DNA of 63,997 nucleotides, filler included, from Octopus bimaculoides (Eukaryota): the NCBI RefSeq assembly GCF_001194135.2. It is 4 parts of 4 records of this genome, joined end to end, with 100 filler letters (N's around TTAATTAATTAA, not from the genome) between each part and the next. Parts side by side here need not be neighbours in the genome. Positions count along the whole stretch, not along the records: positions 1 to 17,574 come from NC_068981.1; positions 17,675 to 41,356 come from NC_069003.1; 2 more parts are not named here. One strand, given 5' to 3'. Shown here one piece after another: positions 13,945 to 25,785 of this stretch. Made by a program: the position numbers and the translations under genes. The notes under the pieces were generated by a model. The model saw nothing but the letters and a program-made list of their open reading frames with translations, made no database searches and was not told the origin of the DNA. Position 1 is the stretch's first letter, and each line of letters starts with the position of its first letter.

Positions 13945-14480
13945 ATGGTAGAATCATTAGTGCGTCGTACCAAATGATAGGTAGCATTTATTTTTACAAA
14001 CACCTCCCACAAATTTCATGCCTTATGCCTATTGTAGAAAAGATAATCAGAATGTAGATAGATATGTGGCAGAATCGTTAGCTCGTTAGCGCATCGGACA
14101 ATTTACTTAGTGGTATTTCTTCCGGTTTTGTAAAATTTTGTTAATTATAAAAATCCTGCCGATGTCAAATTTGTCGTCTATCATTTTGCAGTCGGTAAAA
14201 TAAGTTTCAGTTAAGCACTGAGGTCGATGTAATCCACTATTGTACATTAATCTACGAAATGTCAGGACTTGTATCTAAAGATTAAAGAATTATTGTCAGT
14301 GGTTTAAAGCCGGTGAGCTGGCAGAATTGTTAGCGCGTCAGATAAAATTTGTACGGTATTTCTTTCGACTCTTCTGAGTAACTTTGCTCTCATCACTTCG
14401 TGGCCGATAAAATAAAGTAACAGTCAAGGACTGAGGTCGATTTCCCCCTCATTTCAAACCAACATTAGAAAGAACTATTA
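13945..14480 (+). mobile_element. Three head-to-tail degenerate family-A SINE copies
   Basis: Repeated GGCAGAATCGTTAGC / GTCGGTAAAATAAGT / GAGGTCGATGTAAT motifs starting at ~13945, ~14066 and ~14310. Confidence 0.7.
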
Positions 14481-14999
14481 TTATTAATTTAAAATTAAAA
14501 ATAATAATAAACCAAGATGAAAAATATTAAAGATATATGTTTATATAAATGTTTGTAAAGGTTATATTTAATAAATGATTGGCTAACGTTACATACATCT
14601 ATTAGTTTCCCATTTCTTTCTCCGTAAATCGCTCCTTGTTTACAACCTGAACACGATTAGTTGTTAAATGAATATTCCCTATATTGAATTGATCCCAAGG
14701 CAATTTCACTTAGTTGTTTGAAAGGTCGGCATTCTAACACATGATTCTCCAAGTTATGTAAGGTCAGGGATCTAACTTTTGCAAATAAAGAATACTTGTA
14801 AATAAGAAACTCGCTTTGTAAATGGAGTCTGAAAATTTATTCCATTTGAAAAATAGAAAAGATTATTCAGTTTTGAATGAAAGAACTGTGAGTGAATTAA
14901 GTCTGTCAGATCCCTAAGCATTCTGGTTTTGATTTGCGATTCTCTAACGTCTTTGAATTAAAGATTTCTTCTCATATATTCTTTCACCTAGAGAAGTAC

Positions 15000-15004
15000 A
15001 CACA

Positions 15005-15063
<59 letters not shown>

Positions 15064-15110
15064 ACACGCACACGCACACACACACACACACACACACGCA
15101 CACACACACT
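15000..15110. repeat. (CA)n microsatellite
   Basis: Seen directly. Confidence 0.95.
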
Positions 15111-17407
15111 ACTAATGCTATTTTGATGAAATTTTCATCAAGCTAAATCTACAACTGAATGAATAATTCATGGAAAACAACATTTTAATAATATAAGAAA
15201 AAGTCTGTAGAGAACATTCCCTCCTCCCCAAGAAATGAAATGTAAGAAAATTTTATTTTTATAAAAAACACATTCCTTCAAAACTTACGTACAACTTTTA
15301 TTTCTGCCTCAAAGAACATATAAAATAGTAACTGCTTACAGATGTATAAAATGTTTCGTAGTCTAACGGCTCATGAAAACAGCAATGTTAAAACACAAAG
15401 TTTGGGAAGTGCTACAGACAGAAGGAAATATCAGTAGAATAAACAAGAAGTTTAAGGCTTTCTTTAGTTGATTATCATACAAGCAAAAGACAAACATGAC
15501 GTGAAATAAATAACTATCTTCTTGTATGAAACTATGTGTTCAAGTGATTTTATGGAACATCAGTTAAATCTACCGCCATCTTATTTATGTTATCTTCTGG
15601 CAGTGCGTTATTTAATATTCTGATACACTTTTTTGTTGTTAAATACAGCTAAACTATTTTAAAGTATGTATATAAAGTATGTAATTCCCGAGGAAACATG
15701 TGTATTTGAGAAAGAAAAATAACAATGACAACAGAAATAGCAGTGATATTATAAAAATATCTATTACAAAACAAAAAAATTCTATAACAAAAACAACAAC
15801 GACATCAACACTAAGGGCAACAACAACGATATTCCTATAAACATATCTACTACAAGTAAGAAAAGCGTTTCAGGTGAAATTCCCATTAAGGAAAATGCCA
15901 CCCTGTTTCTGTAAATTTCCGAACGATTTTCGTCTAAAGTGTTTTTAAACAGTTTACGTCTTTAAACAGTCAGTAAATAGGTAAATTGATCTTGCGATAT
16001 AAACCTATGCGTATACAAGACTGAGTGGATGTTGGGTTTATTGGAGACTTTCTTTTTCTGAAGCAGCCATTAGGGAATATTTTCCACTGTAGTTATTCAA
16101 CATTTACTGTTTAATGTATACAATCAATAACTTAGTCATACCCAATTCACTGCCCAACTCAGATTTCTTCCTTTTCGTTATCTCTATTCACATACCATCA
16201 AATCGTCATCGCCATTCTCTCCCCAAAATTAGAAGTAAAAACAAAATTGCACGAAAACCATCATCACTGCCTCTCAATCATATACACATATAACAAGCAA
16301 AATCATTTTACATTAAATATCGTTTCGTGTTCATTATTAGACGTTGAGTGATATAATGGAAATAGTAAAGAGTCATATTTGTTGGCTGTAGATATAGCTC
16401 CTCAATTTAAACAAACTCTATTTAAGTAACACTTAATGTCCATTATCTGCGCGATATAGACCAAATAGGCTTGACATAAAAATCGACAATGTTTTGTCTG
16501 GCTCTACATCTAATCAAACCTGATAGCTCATTGCCAATATAAACACACGTAGTCACATCAAGCTAGTTGCATTTCTCTATTTAGTACTAGTCGTTCTCCG
16601 ATTCTAATCGTTCGCTTAAATTAGAATACTGGCTAGCCAGCCACGAGTTTAGACGATATCGAAGGATTATTTGAAATATGGAAACATAACAATGAGCTGA
16701 AAAGCACAGATATCGAAATTGAGGTCATCGATTTATAAAATACATAATGTAGTAAACTGAGTCGATACTCCAAGTTCCGAAAGATCAAATCTAAGGTAAA
16801 TACAGTATTGATTTCGTATAAGGGAACCGTGGTCTTATGTTTATAATAAATGGTAAAATGGTACTTTGTGATGTTCATAAAGTGCATTAGTAATGTAAAT
16901 GAAACGAAACGTTTGGTGAAAAGACACACGAAGACTACCACTACTCTTGTCTTTCAATGTGTAAATACGGCACGCTAAAGAATGATAAACAGATAAATCG
17001 GTAAATTGCCGAACTAATGTTGTATAGAAATTAGTTGTGTCCCTTTAGTTATGTTTTTACATCAAATTCACATTTAACAAATTTTAATATCACTTGTGGC
17101 GACAAGTACCGATATCGTATATAATCTAATACTAAAACTTTCGATCTTAGAAATTTATGACTGCGTCAGTGGAAGAAATTAATATCGCAGAATATGAAAT
17201 AATATCAGACTTATAGAAATAGAGATCTGATTTCAAATCACGACTGAAATCTGTTTCCTTCAGATATGTAGCAAATACAGTTGAACCTCGGTTTTCGAAC
17301 ACTTCTAATCACGAATAAATCGTATTTTATCTCCTGTCTGTCCCGTATCCATTTAATACAGTAGTACCTCAGTTTACGAAAGTCTCTGAACACGAATGAA
17401 TCGTGCT

Positions 17408-17410
17408 TTA

Positions 17411-17490
<80 letters not shown>

Positions 17491-17507
17491 CATCTATCTA
17501 TCTATCC

Positions 17508-17574
<67 letters not shown>
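17408..17574. repeat. (TATC)n microsatellite running into a gap
   Basis: Seen directly. Confidence 0.97.
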
Positions 17575-17674
17575 NNNNNNNNNNNNNNNNNNNNNNNNNN
17601 NNNNNNNNNNNNNNNNNNTTAATTAATTAANNNNNNNNNNNNNNNNNNNNNNNNNNNNNNNNNNNNNNNNNNNN
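17575..17674. other. Artificial scaffold linker N44-TTAATTAATTAA-N44
   Basis: Exactly 100 nt; identical structure at 41357-41456 and 52315-52414; the 12-mer has stops in all six frames. Confidence 0.95.
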
Positions 17675-17693
17675 ATATATATATATATATATA

Positions 17694-18296
17694 CTAGCAG
17701 CTAAGCCTGGTTTCACCCGGTCAGTTTCAATGATGTGGCTGTAAAACCTGCTCTGTGTAAGCATTCGACTTGTTTGGGCATGCTGATGTCAAAAAATAAT
17801 TTTAGAATGACTTTTTCTGTCAAAATGCTAAAAATAACTGACCAACAAAAAAAAAAACAAAGATTTGACCAAATCAAAAAATAAACCCAACTAATAAGTG
17901 AAAATAGATGATCCCACTTCCATTGCACGTGCACACGCAAATGCAAACACACACACTCATTCACATACCCCCCTTTTACATAAACACACATATATTCACA
18001 CAGAGTTGAAACACTGTTTGATTTATTTTTCAGCGTACAATTTTCATCATCCCACTACCAAGTATGACATCACCCCTTCCTTCCTTATTCATCTATTGCC
18101 CCTCCCTTTCTCATTCATAAATACAAGAGTAGATTATCTCGGTAACCATGGGAGCTATGAAAAAATACAAAGCCCAGCAACACCACCTACACACCATTCT
18201 ACACATCTGTGTATTTTTCGTGTAATTCCACCCAGCCGTTTGACCGTGAATTCCAAGAAAAGAAAGAATCGCCCATGTCAAATTTATACGTATAGA
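17694..18296 (-). mobile_element. Non-autonomous Helitron-type element
   Basis: Minus strand: A|TCTATACGTATAAA 5' start, degenerate CCGGG-TGAAA-CCAGG hairpin, then CTAG|T 3' end (A/T insertion site). Confidence 0.6.
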
Positions 18297-18675
18297 TATA
18301 TATGTGTGTGTGTATATGTATATAGTTACACACACACATGTATGTATTAAAGAAAGCAAAAAATAAAACAAAAATGATAGTGTTCAGTAGTTGGTTCAGT
18401 ATGCTGGCCACAGGAATTTGTCTTGGAAAGTTGTACGTCATCTCTCTCTCTCTCTCATATTATTACTCCCCAAGCCACCATCTGCTCTACTACTTTTAAT
18501 AAAACATCATCAACTCTTCCTAAATTTCTTTGTCTCTCCCTCTCTCTCTCTGTCTTCGCCACTGCCCTCACCGTCTCTATACCTACTATTACTCTCACCC
18601 CAACACGTGGAAATATTATTGAATAGGGAGAGAAGGGGTCAAAATGTGACACAGAAATTAGTTTTTGCATTTATG

Positions 18676-18716
<41 letters not shown>

Positions 18717-19039
18717 CAATGAACGGTCACTGATAGTGAGGAATTAGCATTTCAACAATTCAGTACCTTTTTTACAAATTAGAAAATAAAAATAGACATT
18801 AATATTTAAATTGAGGAGAAATTTTGTTGAGGGAGGTGTTTTTTGTTTTGTGATTTTTATTCAGTTTTGTTTTTATTTATTTTTCTCTTTATGTATTTGT
18901 GTTTGTTTTGCCGTGACAAGAAGTGAAATAAATAAACAAATAACTAAGTATGTAAACAAACAAGTAAACAAATAAATAATTAAATTAAATAAACAAATAA
19001 AAAGTAAAAAATAAACGAAGAAATTACAAGAAGCTAGTT

Positions 19040-19100
19040 TGTTGTGCGAACTACGTCACTTCCGATCCTCGTCCTACGTCATCGCTTGAATGTCGATTTC
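19040..19100 (+). promoter_or_regulatory. Putative RNF146 core promoter (overlapping ETS-CRE motif)
   Basis: ACGTCACTTCCG (reverse complement CGGAAGTGACGT) at 19053-19064 and a second TACGTCA at 19075-19081. Locally CpG-rich, preceded by T-rich and A-rich tracts (18840-19020), about 0.5 kb upstream of the candidate ATG. Confidence 0.55.
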
Positions 19101-19553
19101 CCAGAAATCAGATCAAGACAGATTCTCATTTTTCTGTTGTTTTGTCTCTAAATCCGAAGTTTAATACCGTTGTCGTACTGTTGACCTGTCGTTCGGCAAA
19201 CAGACATGTTAATTATACCTTCAGGTTAATTACAAACGGTCGAGGTTGTTACTTCAATCCTCATTACCGGCAGAAAGGAGCGAGGTTCAGTTATCAAAAA
19301 AGTAAACAGGACAGACCAGTGTTTTAAAAACAAACAAGTCTTGGGTAGATACATATAACCCAGTAATATATAAGTAACAACAACAATAATAGCAGTAATA
19401 ACTACAGTGAAGGCATCAGAAATAACGACGACCAGCAACAAATACCTCAGTAGTGGTCATCTACTTGTGGCAAACATTGATAAAATTAACAACACCAACT
19501 TCAGGGACATTATTTTGGATTAACAACGAGCTTTAGCACCACAGTTTGTGCGA

Positions 19554-19659
19554 ATGGATGATGTCAATTTGAATCCCTGCCTCCAGAATCAGAACTGGGA
19601 TGGTGGTAATGAGAAGAGGGCCAACATAGATGTAGTTGTCGAAGACCATCAAGATGAAG
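19554..19659 (+). CDS. RNF146: RNF146 probable first coding exon (MDDVNLNPCLQNQNWDGGNEKRANIDVVVEDHQDE + G)
   Basis: ATG, 35 open codons plus 1 nt, donor AAG|GTAGTA. Phase 1 joins AA at 25082 to give GAA(E) in frame with the RING exon. Inferred; no transcript evidence. Confidence 0.55.
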
Positions 19660-19764
19660 GTAGTATCAACATTAAATTTTTACGTTGCGTCTAAAGTGCT
19701 TATGTATCTGCACATGCATATATACGTACGTACCTACTCACATACATACGCATGTATACATATA

Positions 19765-19995
19765 AGTAACCCCATGCAGATTAAAGCCTTGTAAGTGGAT
19801 TGGTAAACGGAAACTGTCTTTGTGTCTGTGTATGTAACCCGCCCCCTCTTGTCAACCGGTGCTGGTTTGCTGACGTCCCCGTAACTTAGCAGTTCACCAA
19901 AATGACCTGCAGGACAAGTATCAGACTTTGTTCGACTAAACTCTTCGAGGCGATGCCCCAGCATGGCTGCAGTCTTATAACTAAAACCAAGTTAC
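19765..19995 (+). mobile_element. SINE family C fragment
   Basis: AAAGCCTTGTAAGTGGATTTGGTAAACGGAAACTG ... CCCCGTAACTTAGC ... CCAGCATGGCTGCAGTC, shared with 31350-31740 and 48140-48470. Confidence 0.7.
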
Positions 19996-20478
19996 ATACA
20001 CACACATACTCTTATGTATTTCAGCTCAGAGATTGTGGTACGTATAGGCAGCACCACAGTTTGATGCTTTAGCGACTTTGTTTCCACTTCACTTTCCGAA
20101 AAAAGAAAAAGAAAAAAAAAAATGTATATTTTTAAATGGCATATTTTAGAAATACGTCTTCGAAAGTGTAGATTACCATTATGATGAAGAAATGGAGAAA
20201 AAAACATTAAGATATTCAGTTCTACCTTTAGTCGCTATTTGTTACCATTAGTTTCCGAAACTTTGGCATTTTCCACTTTTTTTTTAGGCTTGTATGTTTA
20301 AAACCTCAATACAATCGTAATCTATACCCTCGAAAACGTATTTCTACAAAATGTTTAAAAATAATTCATTTGAAGAGAGTTATGAGGAAACCACTCCAGG
20401 TGATGGGGATTAGGCTCAACTTAAGGGGGGGGGGATCTCTTAGTGTTAGCAACATAATCGTAATCCGCCATGTGCGCC

Positions 20479-20510
<32 letters not shown>

Positions 20511-21079
20511 TGTGTGTGCTTGCGCTTATCGTTTGATATACCACGCTTAATCGATGTTGGTTTGATTACGTCCTCCCACTTAATTCTATCCCGGTACAGA
20601 TTCCATCGACGAAAAGATGCCAATAGAATAAGTACCGAACATAAAATAAATACTAAAGTTGATTTTGATCGACCAAACCAGGCACGGGCCGCATGAGACA
20701 TGACTCATTATCAGGCGGGCCTCACTACTAAAAGAGAGAAGAAGAAAAAGGTAATTTTCCGTTTAGGTGTGCCATTCAGAAAGTCCCGCAGGCTGCAGTT
20801 TGCCCATGACTGGACTGAGCCCTTGATGACGGTGCCTTTATTATAGTCACACACACTCACTCACATCTATATACATGGAAAGTCAGCATGCGTGAATGGG
20901 TCAAACGAAACTTTCCCCGGACAGTTCTTTTATTAACGCCGGTTACTCTTTGCCAGCCCTTATCTCTTTCTAAGCAAAGTAATATTTATTCTATCTCGGA
21001 TATGTTTTTGCCGAAGATTACCGACAAATGAACGTCATTTCTGTGGCGTTGATTTTTGAAGAGGGATTATGCATGCTCA

Positions 21080-21398
21080 GTTGTTGGCACTCCGTCGCTT
21101 ACGACGTCGAGGGTTCCAGTTGATCCGATCAACGGAACAGCCTGCTCGTGAAATTAACGTGCAAGTGGCTGAGCACTCCACAGACACGTGTACCTTTAAC
21201 GTAGTTCTCGGGGGATATTCAGCGTGGCACAGTGTGACAAGGCCGACCCTTTGAATTACAGGCACAACAGAAACAGGAAACAGGAAGTAAGAGTGGGAGA
21301 AAGTTGTGGTGAAAGAGTACAGCAGGGTTCGCCACCATCCCCTGCCGAAGCCTCGTGGAGCTTTTAAGTGTTTTCGCTCAATAAACACTCACAACGCC
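21080..21398 (-). mobile_element. SINE family B copy truncated by gap
   Basis: Near-identical to 11564-11875. Confidence 0.9.
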
Positions 21399-22358
21399 NN
21401 NNNNNNNNNNNNNNNNNNNNNNNNNNNNNNNNNNNNNNNNNNNNNNNNNNNNNNNNNNNNNNNNNNNNNNNNNNNNNNNNNNNNNNNNNNNNNNNNNNNN
21501 NNNNNNNNNNNNNNNNNNNNNNNNNNNNNNNNNNNNNNNNNNNNNNNNNNNNNNNNNNNNNNNNNNNNNNNNNNNNNNNNNNNNNNNNNNNNNNNNNNNN
21601 NNNNNNNNNNNNNNNNNNNNNNNNNNNNNNNNNNNNNNNNNNNNNNNNNNNNNNNNNNNNNNNNNNNNNNNNNNNNNNNNNNNNNNNNNNNNNNNNNNNN
21701 NNNNNNNNNNNNNNNNNNNNNNNNNNNNNNNNNNNNNNNNNNNNNNNNNNNNNNNNNNNNNNNNNNNNNNNNNNNNNNNNNNNNNNNNNNNNNNNNNNNN
21801 NNNNNNNNNNNNNNNNNNNNNNNNNNNNNNNNNNNNNNNNNNNNNNNNNNNNNNNNNNNNNNNNNNNNNNNNNNNNNNNNNNNNNNNNNNNNNNNNNNNN
21901 NNNNNNNNNNNNNNNNNNNNNNNNNNNNNNNNNNNNNNNNNNNNNNNNNNNNNNNNNNNNNNNNNNNNNNNNNNNNNNNNNNNNNNNNNNNNNNNNNNNN
22001 NNNNNNNNNNNNNNNNNNNNNNNNNNNNNNNNNNNNNNNNNNNNNNNNNNNNNNNNNNNNNNNNNNNNNNNNNNNNNNNNNNNNNNNNNNNNNNNNNNNN
22101 NNNNNNNNNNNNNNNNNNNNNNNNNNNNNNNNNNNNNNNNNNNNNNNNNNNNNNNNNNNNNNNNNNNNNNNNNNNNNNNNNNNNNNNNNNNNNNNNNNNN
22201 NNNNNNNNNNNNNNNNNNNNNNNNNNNNNNNNNNNNNNNNNNNNNNNNNNNNNNNNNNNNNNNNNNNNNNNNNNNNNNNNNNNNNNNNNNNNNNNNNNNN
22301 NNNNNNNNNNNNNNNNNNNNNNNNNNNNNNNNNNNNNNNNNNNNNNNNNNNNNNNNNN

Positions 22359-22389
<31 letters not shown>

Positions 22390-22529
22390 TACACACACAC
22401 ACACATATAAATAGACACGCACACACTCACCTATGCCCTAACCAATTAAAGTCGCTGTGTCCCTATGTAGAATTTTAGATGCTGAGATGCAAAACAGTGG
22501 ACTACAGCTTGTATATACATATGTATGTA

Positions 22530-23010
22530 CTGTGAGAGCATAGTAGCCAGAGTAATGGCAGGTTGAAAAAAGTTCAGGGAGCTACTGCTGGTAACAAAGG
22601 TCTTTTTCCACAGAGTGAAAGGCAGATTATATTATGCCTGTGTTAGAACTGCAATGTTGCATGGTAGTGAGACATGGGACTTGAATGCAGAGGCCATGAG
22701 GAGACTGGAAATGAAATGAAGTGAGCATGCTCATTTGGATGTGCAATGTGAGTGTGCATGAATGTTGTAGTATAATGGTCCTGAAAGACTGAGCATAAGA
22801 GGGATCAGATGTAGTGTGCAAGAAAGAAATCTGCATTGATATGGACATGTGAGGTGTATGGATGAGGACAGCTGTATAAAGAAGTGCTGATTACTGAATG
22901 TGGTGATGCTTGTGGATGAGGAAGATCCAGAAAGACATGAAGTGGTGATGGCTGACCCCAGAACCCTTAGCCTCACAGAAGAAATGACAAACGACTAGGA
23001 TATTCTCTTG
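22530..23010 (+). mobile_element. RTE-clade LINE 3' fragment
   Basis: KKFREL..LVTKG..RVKGRLYYACVRTAMLHGSETW, homologous to the 27759-28181 translation. Confidence 0.85.
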
Positions 23011-23269
23011 AAAATCTGCCCATCTTAATGCAAATAAATTCTGCAAGTACTATGTATATATTATTTTTGTATGCTTACATATATGTATGTATGAGATCAG
23101 CCTTCACCACTTTGTCTCCTGTCTTCCTAGGTCTTCCTCATCCACAAGCTTCCACCATATTTAGTGATCAGCATTTCTTTATATACCTCACACTTCATTG
23201 GAAACTTCATCCATATACCTCACACTGATATGTCCATATACATATATAAACAAATATATTCATACACAC

Positions 23270-24200
23270 TCAGGGTGTAGCAGTTTTTTTCAGATTATTT
23301 TTATGAATTTAGAAAAAGATGCATAGCTCATCAAAGAAAAGCTGTAATTGAAAACAAATTGGTACAGATAATCTTGAGAATCCTTTTATTACACCTATTC
23401 AAAGAATCTACCATTAGCATCAATGACTGTTTCAGTACAGAGCTGGCACTGTTGACATACCTGAATAAGATGATCTTTATCAATTTTGGACATTATGTTG
23501 GTTATGGCAGTCTTGGGGGATTGTATGATATTGTTGACTGACCCCTCTCTCAACTTTGCCCCATACGTAAAAATCCAGTGGACTGAGGTCTGTATCTGGG
23601 AGAAAATGATAATGGAGACTGGCATAATTTTCTCCAACACCTCTCTACAGACTGGCATTGGCTCTTAAACTCTGTGAAAAAAGTGAGGAGGCATGACATT
23701 TCCCTCATTGCTGATGACTTGCAGAACCATCACAGTTGTTGGGAACTTAATATGTGTGACCACTGGACCTTCATTCCAGTCTCTGCATAATCTTCTGATT
23801 AAAATTTTTCTCATCTGACAGAAACCAAAGTATTCCAGCCTCTTGGTGTTTTAACTTGTTCAGCAAGCATTTTGTATGGATCAAATGATTCTCTCTTATC
23901 ACATCTGACATAGGCTGATCCCTCCGCATCATATACACCTTGAACCAGATGTCCTCTTGTGCAACTCTTCTGAAGGTGCATTCTGAAACCTTGAGGTCCT
24001 TTGCAATGGCTCTGATTGACTTTCTGATTATTTCTTGGACTTTTTGTACAAAGTTATGTGTTCTGATAGCATTATGACCCTGTGCAGGGGTTTTGCATTT
24101 AGCTGCTGATGTCGGATCCCTGTCAGCAGCCTCGTGCTCCTTTTGAGCTTTGACAGTGGAGGATCAAGCAGCTTTCAGGAAGCAAGCAATCTCTGTATCA
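23270..24200 (-). mobile_element. Degenerate Tc1/mariner-superfamily transposon
   Basis: Minus-strand translations VMVLQVISNEGNVMPPHFF, DLSPLDFYVWG and KSIRAIAKDLKVSE. TIR-like CAGGGTGTAGC at ~23272 recurs at ~32803. Subfamily not determined. Confidence 0.75.
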
Positions 24201-24352
24201 GTATGCTGCATTTTTAAGGCAATGATTATAGCATACCTTTTCAATTACTGATGTCTGATGTCTGACATTATTTATCTGAAAAGTAAAGTAAAAAAAGCAA
24301 GTTAGAAAAAAGTTAGAGCTCTTGAAAGAGGTGTGCTTAAAAAACTGGCTCA

Positions 24353-24433
<81 letters not shown>

Positions 24434-25081
24434 AATGGATAAGCAAGTTATCCTTACATTTAATCCTCTACCTGTTCAAGTTTAAATCTCTTGAGCTCTA
24501 CAAAGTGTATTCCATATGGAAAATATCTCTCTCTCATCTATAAGCTATACACACACACAGACATATATCTCAATAGTGCTGGTAACACAAAAAAGAGCAG
24601 CACTATATTCTGAAAAGTGGTTGGCATTAAGAAGGGTATCCAGCTGTAGAAACCATGTCAACGCAAACACTAGAGCATAATGCAGTCCTGACAATCAGTG
24701 TCGGTTTGTTTATCTCCCTGTAGCTTAGTGGGTCTACTAAAGAGACTGATAGAATAAGTATCAATCTTAAAAAGAGAGAAAAATAATATACTGGAGTTGA
24801 TTTGTTTGACTAAATCCTATGATTTTACAGTCAGTTGCCTGTCATCCATCACTTGGATTGATTTGTTCAACTAAATCCATCAACGGTGTTCCTTAGTTTG
24901 GCCACAGTCCAGTAACTGAAACAAAAGATAAAGGATATCATTTTGGCAGGTTTTTGGAAGAGCTTTTTCTCAAAGTCTCATATGAAAGGAAAAGGTAGTT
25001 TTTTTTTTCTTTGTTTATTTTCTTTCTTTTTCTCTATTGTCTTTCACTATTGTTCATCAGCACTTTTCTTTATATTTCCAG

Positions 25082-25785
25082 AAATGCTCCCCATTAATAC
25101 TCCTGAAAAGTTTGAATGTGCAATCTGCCTGCACCCTTGCGAATATCCTGTGCAGCTTCCCTGCAAACATATTTTCTGCTTCCTGTGCATGAAAGGGTCT
25201 GCAAAACAAAGCCAGCGCTGTGCTCTGTGTCGGCAAGAAATTCCTGACAGTTGTTTCTTGAACCCTCCCCTGTTGAATGAAGAACAACTTGAAAAGACTG
25301 TCACCTTTGACAAAAACTACCAATGGTTCTATGAGGGTCGTAATGGCTGGTGGCAGTATGATGAACGAACGAGCAGAGAGATGGAGCAGCGCTATAAGAC
25401 CAATGAGACCAGCTTTGATTTACTAATTGCTGGCTATGTCTACACAATAGACTTTGAGAAAAACATCCAATACAGGCAAGACAATCCTATGAAGAGACGT
25501 CAGATCAAAAGAGACTTTGTCAACATACCTGAAAAGAAAGGCATTGCTGGCATAAAGCTAAACCAGAGTTCACAGGGACGTCCTGGGCCATTGGGTGGTG
25601 AGATCCCATCTATGGTGTCGAGGTTAGATTCAAATGCTTGTGATGACAGTGTCATGTCACCTCCTGCCCCTAACAACACTCCACAAAGTCCTGCCAACAG
25701 CCCATTACATTCTACATTTTCTTCTGAACAAGACCTATCTTTACACTTAGAGAATCTACAACTAACTGAGTCCCACTCAACGTAG
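25082..25785 (+). CDS. RNF146: RNF146 (Iduna) main coding exon: RING-WWE poly(ADP-ribose)-dependent E3 ubiquitin ligase
   Basis: C3HC4 RING CAIC..PVQLPCKHIFCFLC..RCALCRQEIP; WWE WFYEGRNGWWQYDERTS..LLIAGYVY.IDF..QYR..RRQIKRD; conserved KKGIAGIKL. Acceptor CTTTTCTTTATATTTCCAG| at 25081, ATG at 25084, TAG at 25783-25785. The ORF-track extension 24943-25081 is intronic polypyrimidine sequence. Confidence 0.96.

Noticed and set aside
16600-16800. CpG-rich exon-like stretch ending AAG|GTAAAT
   Set aside because: Stops in all plus-strand frames and no recognisable product; a non-coding exon cannot be excluded
17619-17630. TTAATTAATTAA palindrome occurring three times
   Set aside because: Always centred in exactly 44+44 N; an assembly linker, not biology
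24943-25081. Hydrophobic N-terminal extension or signal peptide on RNF146
   Set aside because: It is the intronic polypyrimidine tract before the AG acceptor, opened from a TTG start
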